From Lytechinus pictus (Eukaryota): a stretch of 64,000 bases of DNA. Position numbers and translations under genes: made by a program. The stretch spans positions 46,316,001 through 46,380,000 of the forward strand of contig NC_087251.1 in the NCBI RefSeq assembly GCF_037042905.1, read 5' to 3'. The notes below the pieces were generated by a model. It was not told the origin of the DNA and made no database searches. It saw only the letters and a program-made list of their open reading frames with translations. Shown piece after piece: positions 26,901-37,495 of this stretch. Each line of letters starts with the position of its first letter. Position 1 is the stretch's first letter.

Positions 26901-29478
26901 ATCTCATCAACTTGGGTTTTGGGGATAAATAGTTCATGGTAGATTTCATAACAATTGTATGTGGGCTTGCAGTGTCATTGACCGGTTAACCTTATCCATG
27001 TGAAAACAGATAGTATAGTGCTCTGTTATAGTGCGTAATATTGAGCAAATCTTTTTATATAGTTTTGATGCATGTTAGCAGGCCGTTATATCTTTTGGTG
27101 CTTAATGTACCTTACCTTTTTTTTGTACTAGGAAACACATAGATCAGTATATCTTTGGGATGCAGAAGAAACGAGCCAGTCGACGGATGAAGAAGGTGCC
27201 AGCAACAATACCTGAAATCCGTTCACCCGTCAAGGCAAGTTTATTCTAAGGGGAGAAAAAGAATGAAGATCATGAAGTTTGCACAAGAATGTGTAATGCA
27301 TCCATCATTACTATGGATGAAATTAAAGGGGGAGTAAACTGTGTGTGGTCTCTCATTGACTGTGTGTTACAAATGCATAGTCTTGAAATATACGTTTTCA
27401 GATATCTACTAATACCAAAGAGAATAAATTGACCTATAATTGTATTTGTATAGAAAAATGTTTTGAGAGGAAAAGTAATTGTTTTGCTACTTGGTAACAT
27501 AATTATCGTGGTATAAATGTATTAAGTAGTTAATTAGCATGTTATCATTCAAGTGGGTCTATATTACTAGACTGCACTAACATTATGGGTCAGGAAACTG
27601 GCCAGGTATGAGAAGTTAAAGGACAAGTCCACCCCAACAAAAACTTGATTTGAATAAAAAGAGAAAAATTCAACAAACATAACGCTGAAAAATTCATCAA
27701 AATCGGATGTGAAATAAGAAAGTTATGACATTTTAAAGTTTTGCTTCATTTCACAAAACAGTTATATGCACATCTCGGTCAGTATGCAAATGAGGGAACT
27801 GATGACATCACTCACTCACTATTTCTTTTGTATTTTATTATATGAAATATGAAATATTTTGATTTTCTCGTCATTGTCATGTGAAATGAAGTTTCATTCC
27901 TCCCTGAACACGTGGAATTCCATTATTTTAACATTTTGTGGTTCAGGCAAGGAGGTCCTAATCTTCAAATTCGTAAAAATTGAAATATTGTATAATTCAA
28001 ACAATAAAAAACAAAAGAAATAGTGAGTGAGTGACATCATCGACTCCCTCATTTGGATGTAACTGGCTCGTTCACATAACTATTTTGTTAAAAATAAGCG
28101 AAACTTTGAAATGTCATAACTTTCTTATTTTACATCCGATTTTGATGAAATTTTCAGCATTGTGCTTGTCTGATTTTTCTCTATTGATTCAAATCAACAT
28201 TTTTCCGAGGTGGACTTGACCTTTAAGGACTCAAGATGGCGCTATTGGTTCGTATCTGCTTTAAATGAATGCATAGAAGACTAAAAAATTTCCTGTGTAG
28301 CTCCTGATAGGGATGTTAGGCTACCCGGAAGTCTTTTCACTTGAACTCATGATTCAAGTCTCTCTAAATCTATATATTTACAGTCCTTTTTTAGACCATT
28401 TTCAAGAAAAAATATCCCTACAAGAGCTCTTCTTTTTCACCTTTGAAATTGTGTGTTTCATAATACATGCACTCTAGTTGCACCCTAAGGTAAATATATT
28501 AATCTTCTAAATACATCATGATAACAGCAAAATATATTACATAGGTTATGTAGATTCGAATCAGTGATAGGTCAATACGCCATCACGTGACCATAGCTGC
28601 GAGGATCGCATTTGCTATATTCTGGGTTTTGACGTCACCTCAGTAGATATAACAGCGTTATAACTGCGTTGTATTGTCAATTGCGGTGTTATATTCACTA
28701 AGATGACGTCACTCGCTGCTTACAAGTTGCGTAATCAGGTAGTTTGATGTACGCGCTAGTGTTGACGCGTCGATTGATGTATTTGATGCGTCGCTTGATG
28801 TATTTTAAAAATATTTTCTATTATGATGTAGATGGATCAGAGCTGTAGCAAGAATTTCGGGTTGGAGCAAGATGATGAATGTAATCTCTGATGGCGAATC
28901 CACATAGACTATATAATATAACAGATATTGCCTGGTCTATCGTTTTAATAAATAACATTTCAACTCCCCTCCGAAGCTATATTTTTCCCTCGGGAGAATA
29001 TTTTCCCTCAGCGCTGCGCGCTTCGGGCAAAATTTAATCCCTTGGGAAAAATATAACTCCGTCGGGGAGAGGAAATGTTGTATTCAAACTCTAGGTAGGC
29101 AATATCTGTATAATATTTCCTTTTTTATTGCCCCCTGTAGGCTAAATCCAGGCAGTTTAGAAGTGAAATCATCATGCCCTTTACTCCCTCCACGTCGGAA
29201 GCATTACGTGTAGTTCTCATACAGAATGAATGCATTATTATTACTAGTTTCATCTCTATGATTACATGATAACAGCAAATTATTTCCTTTTTTTATTGTC
29301 CGCATAGGCTAAATCCAGAAAGTTTAGAAGCGAGATGATCATGCCGACCACTCCAACCATCTCAGAAGCATTACAGGTGGATCCCGTACAGGATGTAGAC
29401 TCCGAGGAAGAGGAAGCCGACTACTATTGGTCTGACGAAGAGGAAAGCCACTCGGGACAGAAACACAAGAAGGATTGA
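2829..29478 (+). CDS. MIS18BP1: Mis18-binding protein 1 (M18BP1/KNL2), spliced, 5' end not identified; about 1047 aa in window
   Basis: Phase-consistent exons: 2829-2910, 3209-3526, 4352-4517, 5437-5591, 6961-7043, 7923-8056, 8728-8821, 15938-16119, 16916-17130, 19340-20256, 20952-21145, 23137-23276, 24835-25025, 27132-27234 (GC donor), 29308-29478 (TGA). Motifs: SANTA (LDQWII..VEG..WHSTAIVKR..GSQYRLHG..FRKGFPGHW), CENP-C-like (RTTKSGRKVLPPLQYW), SANT (WMPDELQRL..FWHRVAATVGTRTEWECQQQH), GTMKRKRQLRE, DQYIFGMQK, EEEADYYWSD. Confidence 0.92.
3209..3526 (+). CDS. MIS18BP1: M18BP1 exon (VIDQN...GLPQ)
   Basis: CAG acceptor, CAG|GTGTGT donor, 318 nt, phase 0/0. Confidence 0.75.
4352..4517 (+). CDS. 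MIS18BP1: M18BP1 acidic exon
   Basis: TTGCAG acceptor, G|GTAAGT donor, phase 0/1. Confidence 0.8.
5240..5318 (+). pseudogene. Dead duplicate (pseudo-exon) of M18BP1 exon 5437-5591
   Basis: ctcatgcgatgaacctgtcactgga...gagaaaggagaaaatcac..gattaaaga aligns to 5437-5516; acceptor CAG reads CAC; net 1-nt frameshift. Confidence 0.7.
5437..5591 (+). CDS. MIS18BP1: M18BP1 exon (SCDKQ...RKGK)
   Basis: TTTCAG acceptor, GTGAGT donor, phase 1/0. Confidence 0.8.
6961..7043 (+). CDS. MIS18BP1: M18BP1 SANTA exon 1 (KSVTDLDQWIIKWIGSGFKHIAVEGHR)
   Basis: CAG acceptor, GTGAGT donor, LxxWxI...VEG motif; absent from the ORF track. Confidence 0.88.
7923..8056 (+). CDS. MIS18BP1: M18BP1 SANTA exon 2 (EDPEGSFWHSTAIVKR...GSQYRLHG)
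   Basis: Phase 2/1; SANTA core W.S..I..R...G..Y.L.G. Confidence 0.9.
8728..8821 (+). CDS. MIS18BP1: M18BP1 SANTA exon 3 (GFSKKLVHRFRKGFPGHW)
   Basis: Phase 1/2; GFP..W SANTA signature; GTGAGT donor. Confidence 0.9.
9066..10171. mobile_element. Nested non-autonomous DNA transposon (hAT-like TIR)
   Basis: CAGAGATGCCACT ... AGTGGCATCCCTG termini, flanked by ATACAT direct repeats. Confidence 0.7.
10666..10935. mobile_element. Nested hAT MITE interrupting the transposase remnant
   Basis: CACTTGCGTA ... TACGCCACTG termini, 8-bp TSD CAGCAGAA on both sides. Confidence 0.75.
11105..11358 (+). mobile_element. tRNA-derived SINE with its head split by the hAT insertion
   Basis: A-box-like GTGGTCTAGTGG, B-box-like GGTTCAAATCC; body shared with 21406-21673. 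Confidence 0.75.
13530..14060 (+). mobile_element. CR1/L2-type LINE ORF2 3' fragment, frameshifted
   Basis: FKYLGVYI..L.W..H, IYSSVILPHFDYADVIW, LQNRAGRMIL, APEY, KRTFLYGGASLYN. Confidence 0.8.
14290..14755 (+). mobile_element. L2-type LINE 3' fragment with (ATT)n tail
   Basis: TPLLKELHWLPLFQRIQFK..LAPEYL..PSRSLRS..WNAIP..LKT. Confidence 0.8.
15938..16119 (+). CDS. MIS18BP1: M18BP1 exon
   Basis: TGCAG acceptor, G|GTAAGG donor, phase 2/1. Confidence 0.8.
16195..16660 (+). mobile_element. L2-type LINE 3' fragment with long (ATT)n tail
   Basis: PARSLRS..YGAQAFSASAPFLWNNLP followed by an ATT microsatellite. Confidence 0.72.
16916..17130 (+). CDS. MIS18BP1: M18BP1 exon with CENP-C-like motif
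   Basis: RTTKSGRKVLPPLQYWRGQR; phase 1/0. Confidence 0.88.
17300..17626 (-). mobile_element. tRNA-derived SINE (related copies near 5600-5830, 33595-33790, 49700-50040, 55610-55850)
   Basis: Reverse complement gives a gccgtggtgtagtggttct head and the shared ccaggg..aaatgggt core; boundaries approximate. Confidence 0.7.
17989..18588. mobile_element. TTAA-flanked palindromic MITE (Kolobok-like), family A
   Basis: TTAA|AGGACAAGTCCACC...GGTGGACTTGACCT|TTAA, long imperfect inverted arms. Confidence 0.85.
19340..20256 (+). CDS. MIS18BP1: M18BP1 large S/K-rich exon ending at the start of the SANT domain
   Basis: Lies within the 335-aa ORF; TTCAG acceptor, CAG|GTTAGA donor. Confidence 0.88.
20952..21145 (+). 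CDS. MIS18BP1: M18BP1 SANT/Myb exon
   Basis: FWHRVAATVGTRTEWECQQQH; phase 2/1. Confidence 0.9.
21406..21673 (+). mobile_element. tRNA-derived SINE
   Basis: gtggtctagtggtt...gggttcgattcc head, cactcaacccaggtgaggtgaatggg body, tattatt tail. Confidence 0.78.
21864..22162. mobile_element. MITE, PIF/Harbinger-like
   Basis: GGCCCGTATTCTG / CAGAATACGGGCC termini, TTT flanks. Confidence 0.7.
23137..23276 (+). CDS. MIS18BP1: M18BP1 exon (LTAAKGTMKRKRQLRELIQ...DLFDSTP)
   Basis: Resembles the conserved post-SANT GTLKRK..RE block; phase 1/0. Confidence 0.9.
23864..24591. mobile_element. Tc1/mariner-pogo-type MITE
   Basis: TA|CAGTCCGACCTCTCT..ATCCGG ... CCGGATGAGAGAGGTCGGGCTG|TA. Confidence 0.8.
24835..25025 (+). 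CDS. MIS18BP1: M18BP1 exon (KTP/SP-rich)
   Basis: CCAG acceptor, GTAAGT donor, phase 0/2. Confidence 0.85.
25462..26064. mobile_element. Family A MITE, opposite orientation
   Basis: TTAA|AGGTCAAGTCCACC...GGTGGACTTGTCCT|TTAA. Confidence 0.85.
26387..26770. mobile_element. MITE
   Basis: 20-bp TIR ATACCCCTTTCATAAACCCA / TGGGTTTATGAAAGGGGTAT. Confidence 0.75.
27132..27234 (+). CDS. MIS18BP1: M18BP1 exon (KHIDQYIFGMQKK), GC donor
   Basis: TAG acceptor, AAG|GCAAGT donor, phase 2/0. Confidence 0.8.
27620..28222. mobile_element. Family A MITE
   Basis: Same termini and TTAA TSD. Confidence 0.85.
29114..29269 (+). other. Partial tandem duplicate of the M18BP1 terminal exon with an intact acceptor
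   Basis: tatttccttttttattg..tag|gctaaatccag..gaagcattac repeated at 29281-29375; frame reads AKSRQFRSEIIMPFTPSTSEAL...* to 29269. Confidence 0.8.
29308..29478 (+). CDS. MIS18BP1: M18BP1 terminal coding exon (...EEEEADYYWSDEEE...KD*)
   Basis: CATAG acceptor, acidic DYY motif, TGA 29476-29478. Confidence 0.85.
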   Translation, partial: AKSRKFRSEMIMPTTPTISEALQVDPVQDVDSEEEEADYYWSDEEESHSGQKHKKD

Positions 29479-30938
29479 AGCCTATTTTAAGTTTTGGTAG
29501 ATCCCCCCCCCCCCCACCCTTTGACCAAAACTTGTTTAGAATGGCTTAGTTTAATAATCAAACATAAATGGGGAATATAATTTTACCTTGTACCTAGCCC
29601 AAGAGGAACCTTGTTCTCTTTTGCTTCCCAGCTCAGAATGAATGAAAGAGTCTTGCCCTTTTTGTTGCCTGCTGATGTTCAAAGTAATTTCTTTCTTTTT
29701 TATTTTAGTAACATAAGATTAAAACTTGAAGAAAGTATACTCACAATCATTTTCGGTCCCCTTATGATCATAAGATAAAATATATTTATTGAGTGATGAC
29801 GTTCCAAAAGGGGCTTTCGCACCTGTTTTTGCCAGTGTATGACGGCTAACGTAGGCTGTGCCAAGCCGTTATATTAGTCCCATTTCGCGCTATCAAGAAT
29901 TTCATTTTTTTTACACAAATGAGTCTTCATATACAGAATTTGATATTTTGTGTTATTAAAATGCAATTCCTGATGTCAAGAATAAATTGTTTAATATCGA
30001 GAAATAGGACCAAATTAGAAAACAGCTGGCGACATATACAGTACATCGCCATATGCTGGCTCAAGTGTCAAGGTGACATTCCTTCAAGCCTGGCTCACAC
30101 CTTTGCATTTTGGGCTCCTGTTCAGCTGCGAATTTGCCTTAATGCAGACAAATGCAGTCAAACGCAACACAAAGCAGAGGCCCTTCATTCTAGCATGGAT
30201 GTTTTGAATATTTTATATCATCCGCAACAGAACGCAATCAACGAGTGGCAACGAGCAAATGCGAGCAAGGACGTGCAAGAACGAGCAACAATGACCGACA
30301 GCGAGCAGTTAACGCAGGCATTAATGCAGCGTTTTAACTCGCATCACCTCGCTTTACTGCATGCAATTTTGTACAAGCACGTACACAAAAGTGCAATTGC
30401 AACCAAATATTATGCTGCCTAGTATACTGCATTAGGCTGCGTACTGCTTTTTTTCCGGCTAGTAGCAACATGCAGCTTAAAACGCAAATGTACGAGCCAG
30501 GCTTAAAGGCTGAAATTATTACCTGAATCACCAATTGGAAGGTGTAGATATGTGCTGTGAAAATACTTAAATGGTTCACTTTATTACCTACATGTATAGC
30601 AAAATGGATTTGAATGTTCTTGAAAGATATAAATTCATTGTACATTATTTGCTCATTTGAGTTCCATTGATACACTTTTCTGTGTATATGTTAAGCTGTG
30701 TGTAAATAATGTTTGCGATTTTCAGAATTGTAAATATACATGCATCTATTTAACAATATTTGTGTACAGTATTTGTAAATTTGTTTCTTCTTAATATGAT
30801 TTTTACCAATATTCATGAATTACCATTTAAAAACTTGATTTGCACTCACTTATGTATTATTATTATTGCAAATTTTTAATTTTGTGTGCATTCATATAAT
30901 TCCTGAGAAAAGTAAATATACCCATGGTATCTGAAGGA

Positions 30939-30944
30939 AATAAA
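30939..30944 (+). promoter_or_regulatory. Candidate polyadenylation signal of M18BP1
   Basis: AATAAA after an AU-rich 3'UTR-like stretch. Confidence 0.4.
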
Positions 30945-31133
30945 GGTAAAACAAAATATTTCAAGGCAACATTACATAGTCTCATCCTTTTTTATTGTTT
31001 GATGGGCATGATTTGGAGATGAATGACTTCTAACCTTTCTGGATAATGGTTTTGCAAGGACTTCTGTAAAAAAATATCTATATATTTCTCAGTATCTGAT
31101 TGGAACTGGGAGGGGGTGTTTAAGTATGACATT

Positions 31134-31549
31134 GGCCCGAATTCACAAAGGTGGTTTTGAAAACCCACGATTGAGTCCATGGTTTATGCAGATTTCCTAT
31201 ATAAATTACGCTTAATTTAGCGCGTATCGGGCGCGTGTATAAGAAATGTCCGATGCTGATGCGCTTTATTGTCACAGTGCCCCAAATTGGCTGCTGTTGC
31301 CGTGGTTATCTACGCTGTTATTATTCATGAGTCCGCTCTTCAAACAGTGGACTCATGAATAAAATAGCGTATCTAACCATGGTAACAGGCGTCAATTTAG
31401 CGCACTGTGACAGTGAAGCGCATCAGCATTGGACATTTCTTATACACGGCGCCCAATACACGCTAAATTAAGCGTAATGTATACAGGAAATCTGCATAAA
31501 CCATGGATTCAACTGTGGGTTTTCAAAACCACCTTTGTGAATTCGGGCC
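31134..31549. mobile_element. Near-fully palindromic MITE
   Basis: GGCCCGAATTCACAAAGGTGGTTTTGAAAACCCAC arm, inverted over about 200 bp. Confidence 0.85.
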
Positions 31550-32125
31550 TCAGAGTCGCACTTAAATTCCAAGTTGCTTGCGGTATAAAAGGTATCACCA
31601 CATTGGACAAATCATGGTTAGGGGATGCGTACAACTGCATATTAGTCCAAATAGTCGTGCCTTACATATCATGTGCGAGTTGGTACCTACGCATGACTCT
31701 TAAGTCACACTTTACTCCTTGTGAAACAAACCCTGGGACCCGTTGCAGAAAAGTTACTATTATTCTAACTTTGACATCTAATGAATGGTAACTACCATGG
31801 TAACGCTGATCAACGGCCAATCAAAATCAATGATTCCATGCAAGTTACCATTGAATGGCAAAGTTACCATAATGGTAACTTTTATGCAATGGGGCCCTGG
31901 TTCTTTGTAAATAATATATATATATATATGTGTTATCTGGAGAATTATGAAATGTACATTTCAATTGAATTATAGACCATAGTATCATTTAATCAGCTGT
32001 CGTACGAAGCTGGCCTGGTTAGTTTTCTGAGATGCAGACAATTGTTCTTTAGGTAATGAATTCAACATCTATTTTATATATTGTTGTTGGAGCACAATTT
32101 TGCCATTATCAAGAGGTTTTCTGTT

Positions 32126-32522
32126 AAGCTCGGCTCACACTATGCGATTCGATGCGATTCGAATTTCAAAGAAATTGTGATAACATTTGAAGTGGATATT
32201 CCAACTAATAAAATCTTACGAATCAGAGTTCAGAATAGTGGTAGGACTACTGAAATCGAAATTCGTCCATTTCGAGCCTCCCTGAAAGAATAAAAACAAA
32301 TTCAAATCGTAATGACGTCATCATCGGCTGCGACTTGAAGCCAACTTGGACTTTACTCCGACCACAGGGCTTGCCGGAAAGTAAAACATGACTTTAGTAT
32401 TCCTTACATTATGCCAAACTTTAGATGAAATAATTTTACTTCTTGGAACTTTCATATTTAATGCAAAATGCAATTTCTTGAAAAATAACGTTGCAACGAA
32501 TCGCATAGTGTGAGCCGGGCTT
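32126..32522. mobile_element. MITE (related TIR element at about 30086-30505)
   Basis: CGGCTCACACTATGCGATTCG / CGAATCGCATAGTGTGAGCCG. Confidence 0.72.
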
Positions 32523-33213
32523 TATGTGCATACCACTATATACTGTTTATGCAACAAATGGTCTTCCTTGATATTCTGTAATTTCATGTCTACTCCATTT
32601 TTATAACTTTCATTATCTTTTTATATTATAATAATTTCATATGTGAGAAATGATGTATTTCTGATGTTCTCCTGTGGGCTTTCTCACTTCTCTTTCATCA
32701 ATTTGTCAAAGTTTCCTTGTAGAAAAAAAAGATAAAGGGCTTTAAATATACATTGTAAAGATTTGGTCATCATCATTCCGATTATATCCACATATTCCTC
32801 AACCCAAGCTTTCGCATCATTATCGTTTACATATTTTTTATATATCGTTTTTGTAAAGAGTGGCACCATTTTCAAAGAATTTTTTAAAATAATTTGTATG
32901 TTTCGTAATATATGCACAAAAGTTGCATTGTTGTTGTGATGTCATTCTTACTCGTTAATCCTGAAAGATTTGGTCAACGCAGTGTTCTCAACACGATGCA
33001 TTAATCACAGCGTTTCTCTTTTAACCCTGTACATGCATACCTCACACCAATATGCCCTCTCAGTGTCGCGCAAACTTCTCATTTCACACTCAAACATTTT
33101 ATTGTTTCCCTCCATGAAAATCAGCCCAATTGGGTTCGTGGCCCAGCGTACAAAGAGTTAAAGATAATGGATGCATAAAATGTCCAGAAACATGTTTTCA
33201 AATCATGCTTTAA

Positions 33214-33569
33214 AGGAGAATAAAACCTTTGGAACAGGATAGCTTGTGTGAAAACAGAAAAATCAAAGAAATAGATCAACAAAAGTTTGAGAAAAATCGG
33301 TCAAATAATGAGAAAGTTATGAGCATTTGAATATTGCGATCACTAATGCTATAGAGATCCTCACATTGGCAATGCAATAAAATTTTATAGTCCATCAAAG
33401 GGAAAGTTGTTCACATGTGACGTCACCACATCCTTGTTGCATTGCCAATGGGAGGATCTCCATGGCATTAGTGATTGCAATATTCAAATGCTCATAACTT
33501 TCTTTCTTCTTATTCTTTGATTTTTCTGTTTTGTCACAAGTCTATTTTTTTCAAACGTTTCATTCCCCT
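33214..33569. mobile_element. TTAA-flanked MITE
   Basis: TTAA|AGGAGAATAAAACC...TTTCATTCCCCT|TTAA with internal inverted arms. Confidence 0.75.
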
Positions 33570-33899
33570 TTAAAGAACCACCTTTGTGAATTCAGGCCAT
33601 TGTATTACTCGCGTCCTTTGCAAGGCGTTTCTACATTTGCCACTCTTCACCCAGGTGTAGTAAATGGGTACCCGGTAGGAAGAAATTTCTTGGATGCTCG
33701 AGCGCCCGATCGGGGTAGCCGTGCTAATGCTGGGTGATAGTATGCAGTGCTTAGAAACATTTGTAATAAATGTATATAGGAACCAAATTATCATTCCTTA
33801 ATTGCGTGTCCTATTTACCCTTTATAGCAAATACCATTAAAAGGAGTATGTTAGAAATGCAATGATTATGAAAGTTTGATTCATTCATTTTTGGAAGGG

Positions 33900-34600
33900 G
33901 ATGATGGTTCTGATGATCGATGAGGATGATAATGATGATGGAAGTGGTGGTGATGATGATGATGATGGAAGTGGTGGTGATGATGATGATGATGATGATG
34001 GAAGTGGTGGTGATGATGATGATGATGATGGAAGTGGTGATGAAGAGGAGGATTATGGTGATGGGAGTGGTGGTGATGATGATGATTGAAGTGGTGGTGA
34101 TGATGATGATGGAAATGGTGGTGATGATGATGATGGAAGTGGTGGTGATGATGATAATGATGATGATGGAAATGGTGGTGATGATGATAATGATGATGAT
34201 TGAAGTGGTGGTGATGATGATGATGGAAATGATGATAATGATGATGATGGAAGTGGTGGTGATGATGATGATGATGATGGAAGTGGTGGTGATGATGATG
34301 ACGATGATGGAAGTGGTGGTGATGATGATGATGGAAGTGGTGGTGATGATGATGATGATGATGGAAGTGGTGGTGATGATAATGATGATGGAAGTGGTGG
34401 TGATGATGATGATGATGATGGAAATGGTGGTGATGATGATAATGGAAGTGGTGATCGATGATGATGAATTGATGATGATGATGATGGAAGTGGTGATGAT
34501 GATGTTTATGATGATAGCAATAATCGTGATGATGATTTTGATGTAAATATACCAGTGAATAGTGATGTGATGGAATGATGATGATAATGGTGGTGATGAT
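33900..34600. repeat. Compound (GAT)n/GGAAGTGGTGGT microsatellite
   Basis: Visible directly; explains the spurious poly-His, poly-Met and poly-Asp ORFs. Confidence 0.95.
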
Positions 34601-35500
34601 GACAGTGCATGGTGGCACCTTGCCGAAATGAAGTTCTAATTCACAGCATGCACTGGTGTATGAGAAGAAAAAAAGGAAAGGAAAGATTAAAATATACTAT
34701 TTTCTAAAATTTATGTTGAAATCTATTTTAAAACATATTTGTATTGATTAGGTCAAAATTTATCTACTCCCTTGTATCTGTTCAGAACTTCTGCTCTATT
34801 CATTTGAAGGTTTTGCAAGTGTGTATGAATTCATAAACAAAAGAGAGAGACTGAGAGAGAAACATGGAGTAATTTTGATTGAGCAAATAAGTCTGCCCAG
34901 GAGCCACTTTTGGAAAAGTAGTACTATTTTGAACATATATGTTCAGGAGTATTTTTCTGCTTTTAAAAATACACGCTACAAGGAAGTTATCATTGAGCAA
35001 ATTAAAGATCTCTTACACGATGAGAACAGACAGACTCAACCCTAATGGGTGACATTCGAGTTTTTCAAAATGTCTGTATAGGGCATACTCTCGCGTTTCT
35101 CAATCCCTTGTTTGATATCAAAATGATATTTATAATTTTTTTTAAATAGAGGAAAGTCACATGAAGCGGACAATATTTTTTTTCATTCAAAAGAAAAGGG
35201 ACTTAAAATGAGTTCAGATTTTATAAGAGACCGTCATTGTAGCTTTGGAAATTTAAGAGTCTTTTATCTAGACAATGTAAATATAGCAAAGCTTTGATGG
35301 GTTAGTTAGGAGGGTATAATAGCCCTAAATTGGTTCAGGATTTTTCCTGATTGCGATCGCGCAATCAGAAAAAAATCCTTTGCCAATGGTCGACCATTAT
35401 TGCATAAAATTTAATAGCAAGCTATTATAAACGCCATATCCACCTTTCGAATTCCCGTTCTTTATTTCTTAAATCCTTGGCAGCCCGGTCGTGTTATATA

Positions 35501-36554
35501 CAGGGGCGTAGACAACGGGGGGGATGAGGGGGATGCATCCCCCCCAACTCACAAGGTGGGGGGGATGGCATGTACAATCATCCCCCCCAGGTTTTGGGGA
35601 ATGATATTTGGTTACTTAATAAGTCATAATGATGATAATTATAGTAATAATAATAATGATAACAATTATAATAATAATAATAATAATAATTATGATGATG
35701 ATAATAATAATCCTCATCATTATTGTAATTGTGTTTATTGTTATTAGCCGCATTCACACGGTGAAAGCCAATTCAGACGGTAAAAAAAAGAAAATCTTAC
35801 AAGTATTTTGTGGTTATCTTGTGGTTTGGAAACCACAAGAGCAATCTCGCAGTATTGTTACTCCATGGATCATAGTGATACTGTTTATGTTTTTTGTATC
35901 TGTATGTTAATGAGCCGCCAGCCAATATCCATCTATGGATACTATGCCTGTTTCTTTGAGGTAAAAAAAAGCATAGTATGTACGTATTCATTATGCTTTA
36001 TAATGAACAGACATATTGTTATTTGTTTGTTGTTTATGTGTTCTATTCACAAATGGCCACAGAGGCTGTTTTCATTCATAACCACATACCCATATCAAGA
36101 CAACAAAGACTATACCTGCGTGTACACAGTTGACATTGGTTTTTTTTTCTGAAGAGGTGTAACAGAAAAATTCACAGAGATAAATAAATACGTAGTGTGG
36201 TTCAATATGCAATACTATGTGTCAGTCCATTCTGTATTCGTATGCCACGTTGTGTAGATCTTGTCGATGTATGTCTGTCCATTCAAGGCGTAGTATGTGT
36301 GTGGTGCGCGCACCCGTGTGTGTGTGTGTGCGTGCGCGCTTGTGTGTGTTATTTTACCTCATTAAGTATGCATCAGATTGCACGATTTCAAGTTCAAAAT
36401 TGCAAAAGCTCCCTACCGTGGGAGGGGGGACACCCCCCTCCCACACCCTCCCCCCGCTCGGTCGCTTCGCTTCCTCGCTCGGGCGCTTCGCGCCCTCACT
36501 AGCGTTGGCAGCCCAATCATCCCCCCCAGGTGTACGAACCTGTCTACGCCACTG
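35501..36554. mobile_element. Non-autonomous hAT element
   Basis: CAGGGGCGTAGACA / TGTCTACGCCACTG TIR, perfect 8-bp TSD GTTATATA. Confidence 0.85.
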
Positions 36555-36814
36555 GTTATATATATATATATTTGTTTCATGTCCATTTTCTGATTTTCCA
36601 ATTTAGCTTTTGGCTCTATATACCTTCATTTCCCGTTTCTTGTTGCCTCTTTTCCCCATTTTCCCCGTGCCATTGAGTCATATATACCCTCTCTTGCCAT
36701 ATATGCAATCATAGTATTTTAAGGATATTTTGTACTTCCTCACATTTTCTTCTTTCCTTCGATCCTTTTCCAGATTTCCTTCAGTTCAATTTCCCTATCA
36801 TTCCCAGGACCAAA

Positions 36815-37495
36815 ATCCAATTGAAACCAGTTGGATTTCCAACTGGTTTCAATTGGTTTCAATTGGTTTCAACTGGTTTCAATTGGTTTTAACTGGAATT
36901 TAACAATTTCCAGTTGAAACCAATTGAAACCAGTTGGGCAACTGGAAATCCTAACTGGAACCAGTTGGGTAACTGGAAATGACTTCCAATTGGGAATGAT
37001 TTCTAACTGGAACCAGTTGAGTAACTGGAAATCCCAACTGGAACCAGTTGGGCAACTGGAAATCCTAACTGGAACCAGTTGGGTAACTGGAAATGACTTC
37101 CAATTGGAAATGATTTCTTACTGGAACCAGTTGAGTAACTGGAAATCCCAACTGGAACCAGTTGGGCAACTGGAAATCCTAACTGGAACCAGTTGGGTAA
37201 CTGGAAATGACTTCCAATTGGAAATGATTTCTAACTGGAACCAGTTGGGCAACTGGAAATCCTAACTGGAACCAGTTGGGTAACTGGAAATGACTTCCAA
37301 CTGGAAATGATTTCTTACTGGAACCAGTTGAGTAACTGGAAATCCCAACTGGAACCAGTTGGGCAACTGGAAATCCTAACTGGAACCAGTTGGGTAACTG
37401 GAAATGACTTCCAATTGGAAATGATTTCTAACTGGAACCAGTTGGGCAACTGGAAATCCTAACTGGAACCAGTTGGGTAACTGGAAATGACTTCG
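36815..37495. repeat. Higher-order minisatellite, 114-bp unit built from AACTGG/CCAGTT monomers
   Basis: Unit of 31+18+34+18+13 bp; the 38-aa repeat in ORF 36924 confirms the 114-nt period. Confidence 0.92.

Noticed and set aside
29919..30422. 167-aa ORF downstream of M18BP1
   Set aside because: Runs through MITE sequence in the presumed 3'UTR; no recognisable domain.
33881..34618. 245-aa poly-His ORF and the opposite-strand poly-Met/Val and poly-Asp ORFs
   Set aside because: These are translations of a (GAT)n compound microsatellite, with no splice or domain support.
36924..37265. 113-aa ORF with a 38-aa repeat
   Set aside because: A by-product of the 114-bp satellite unit; interrupted by stops where units are deleted.
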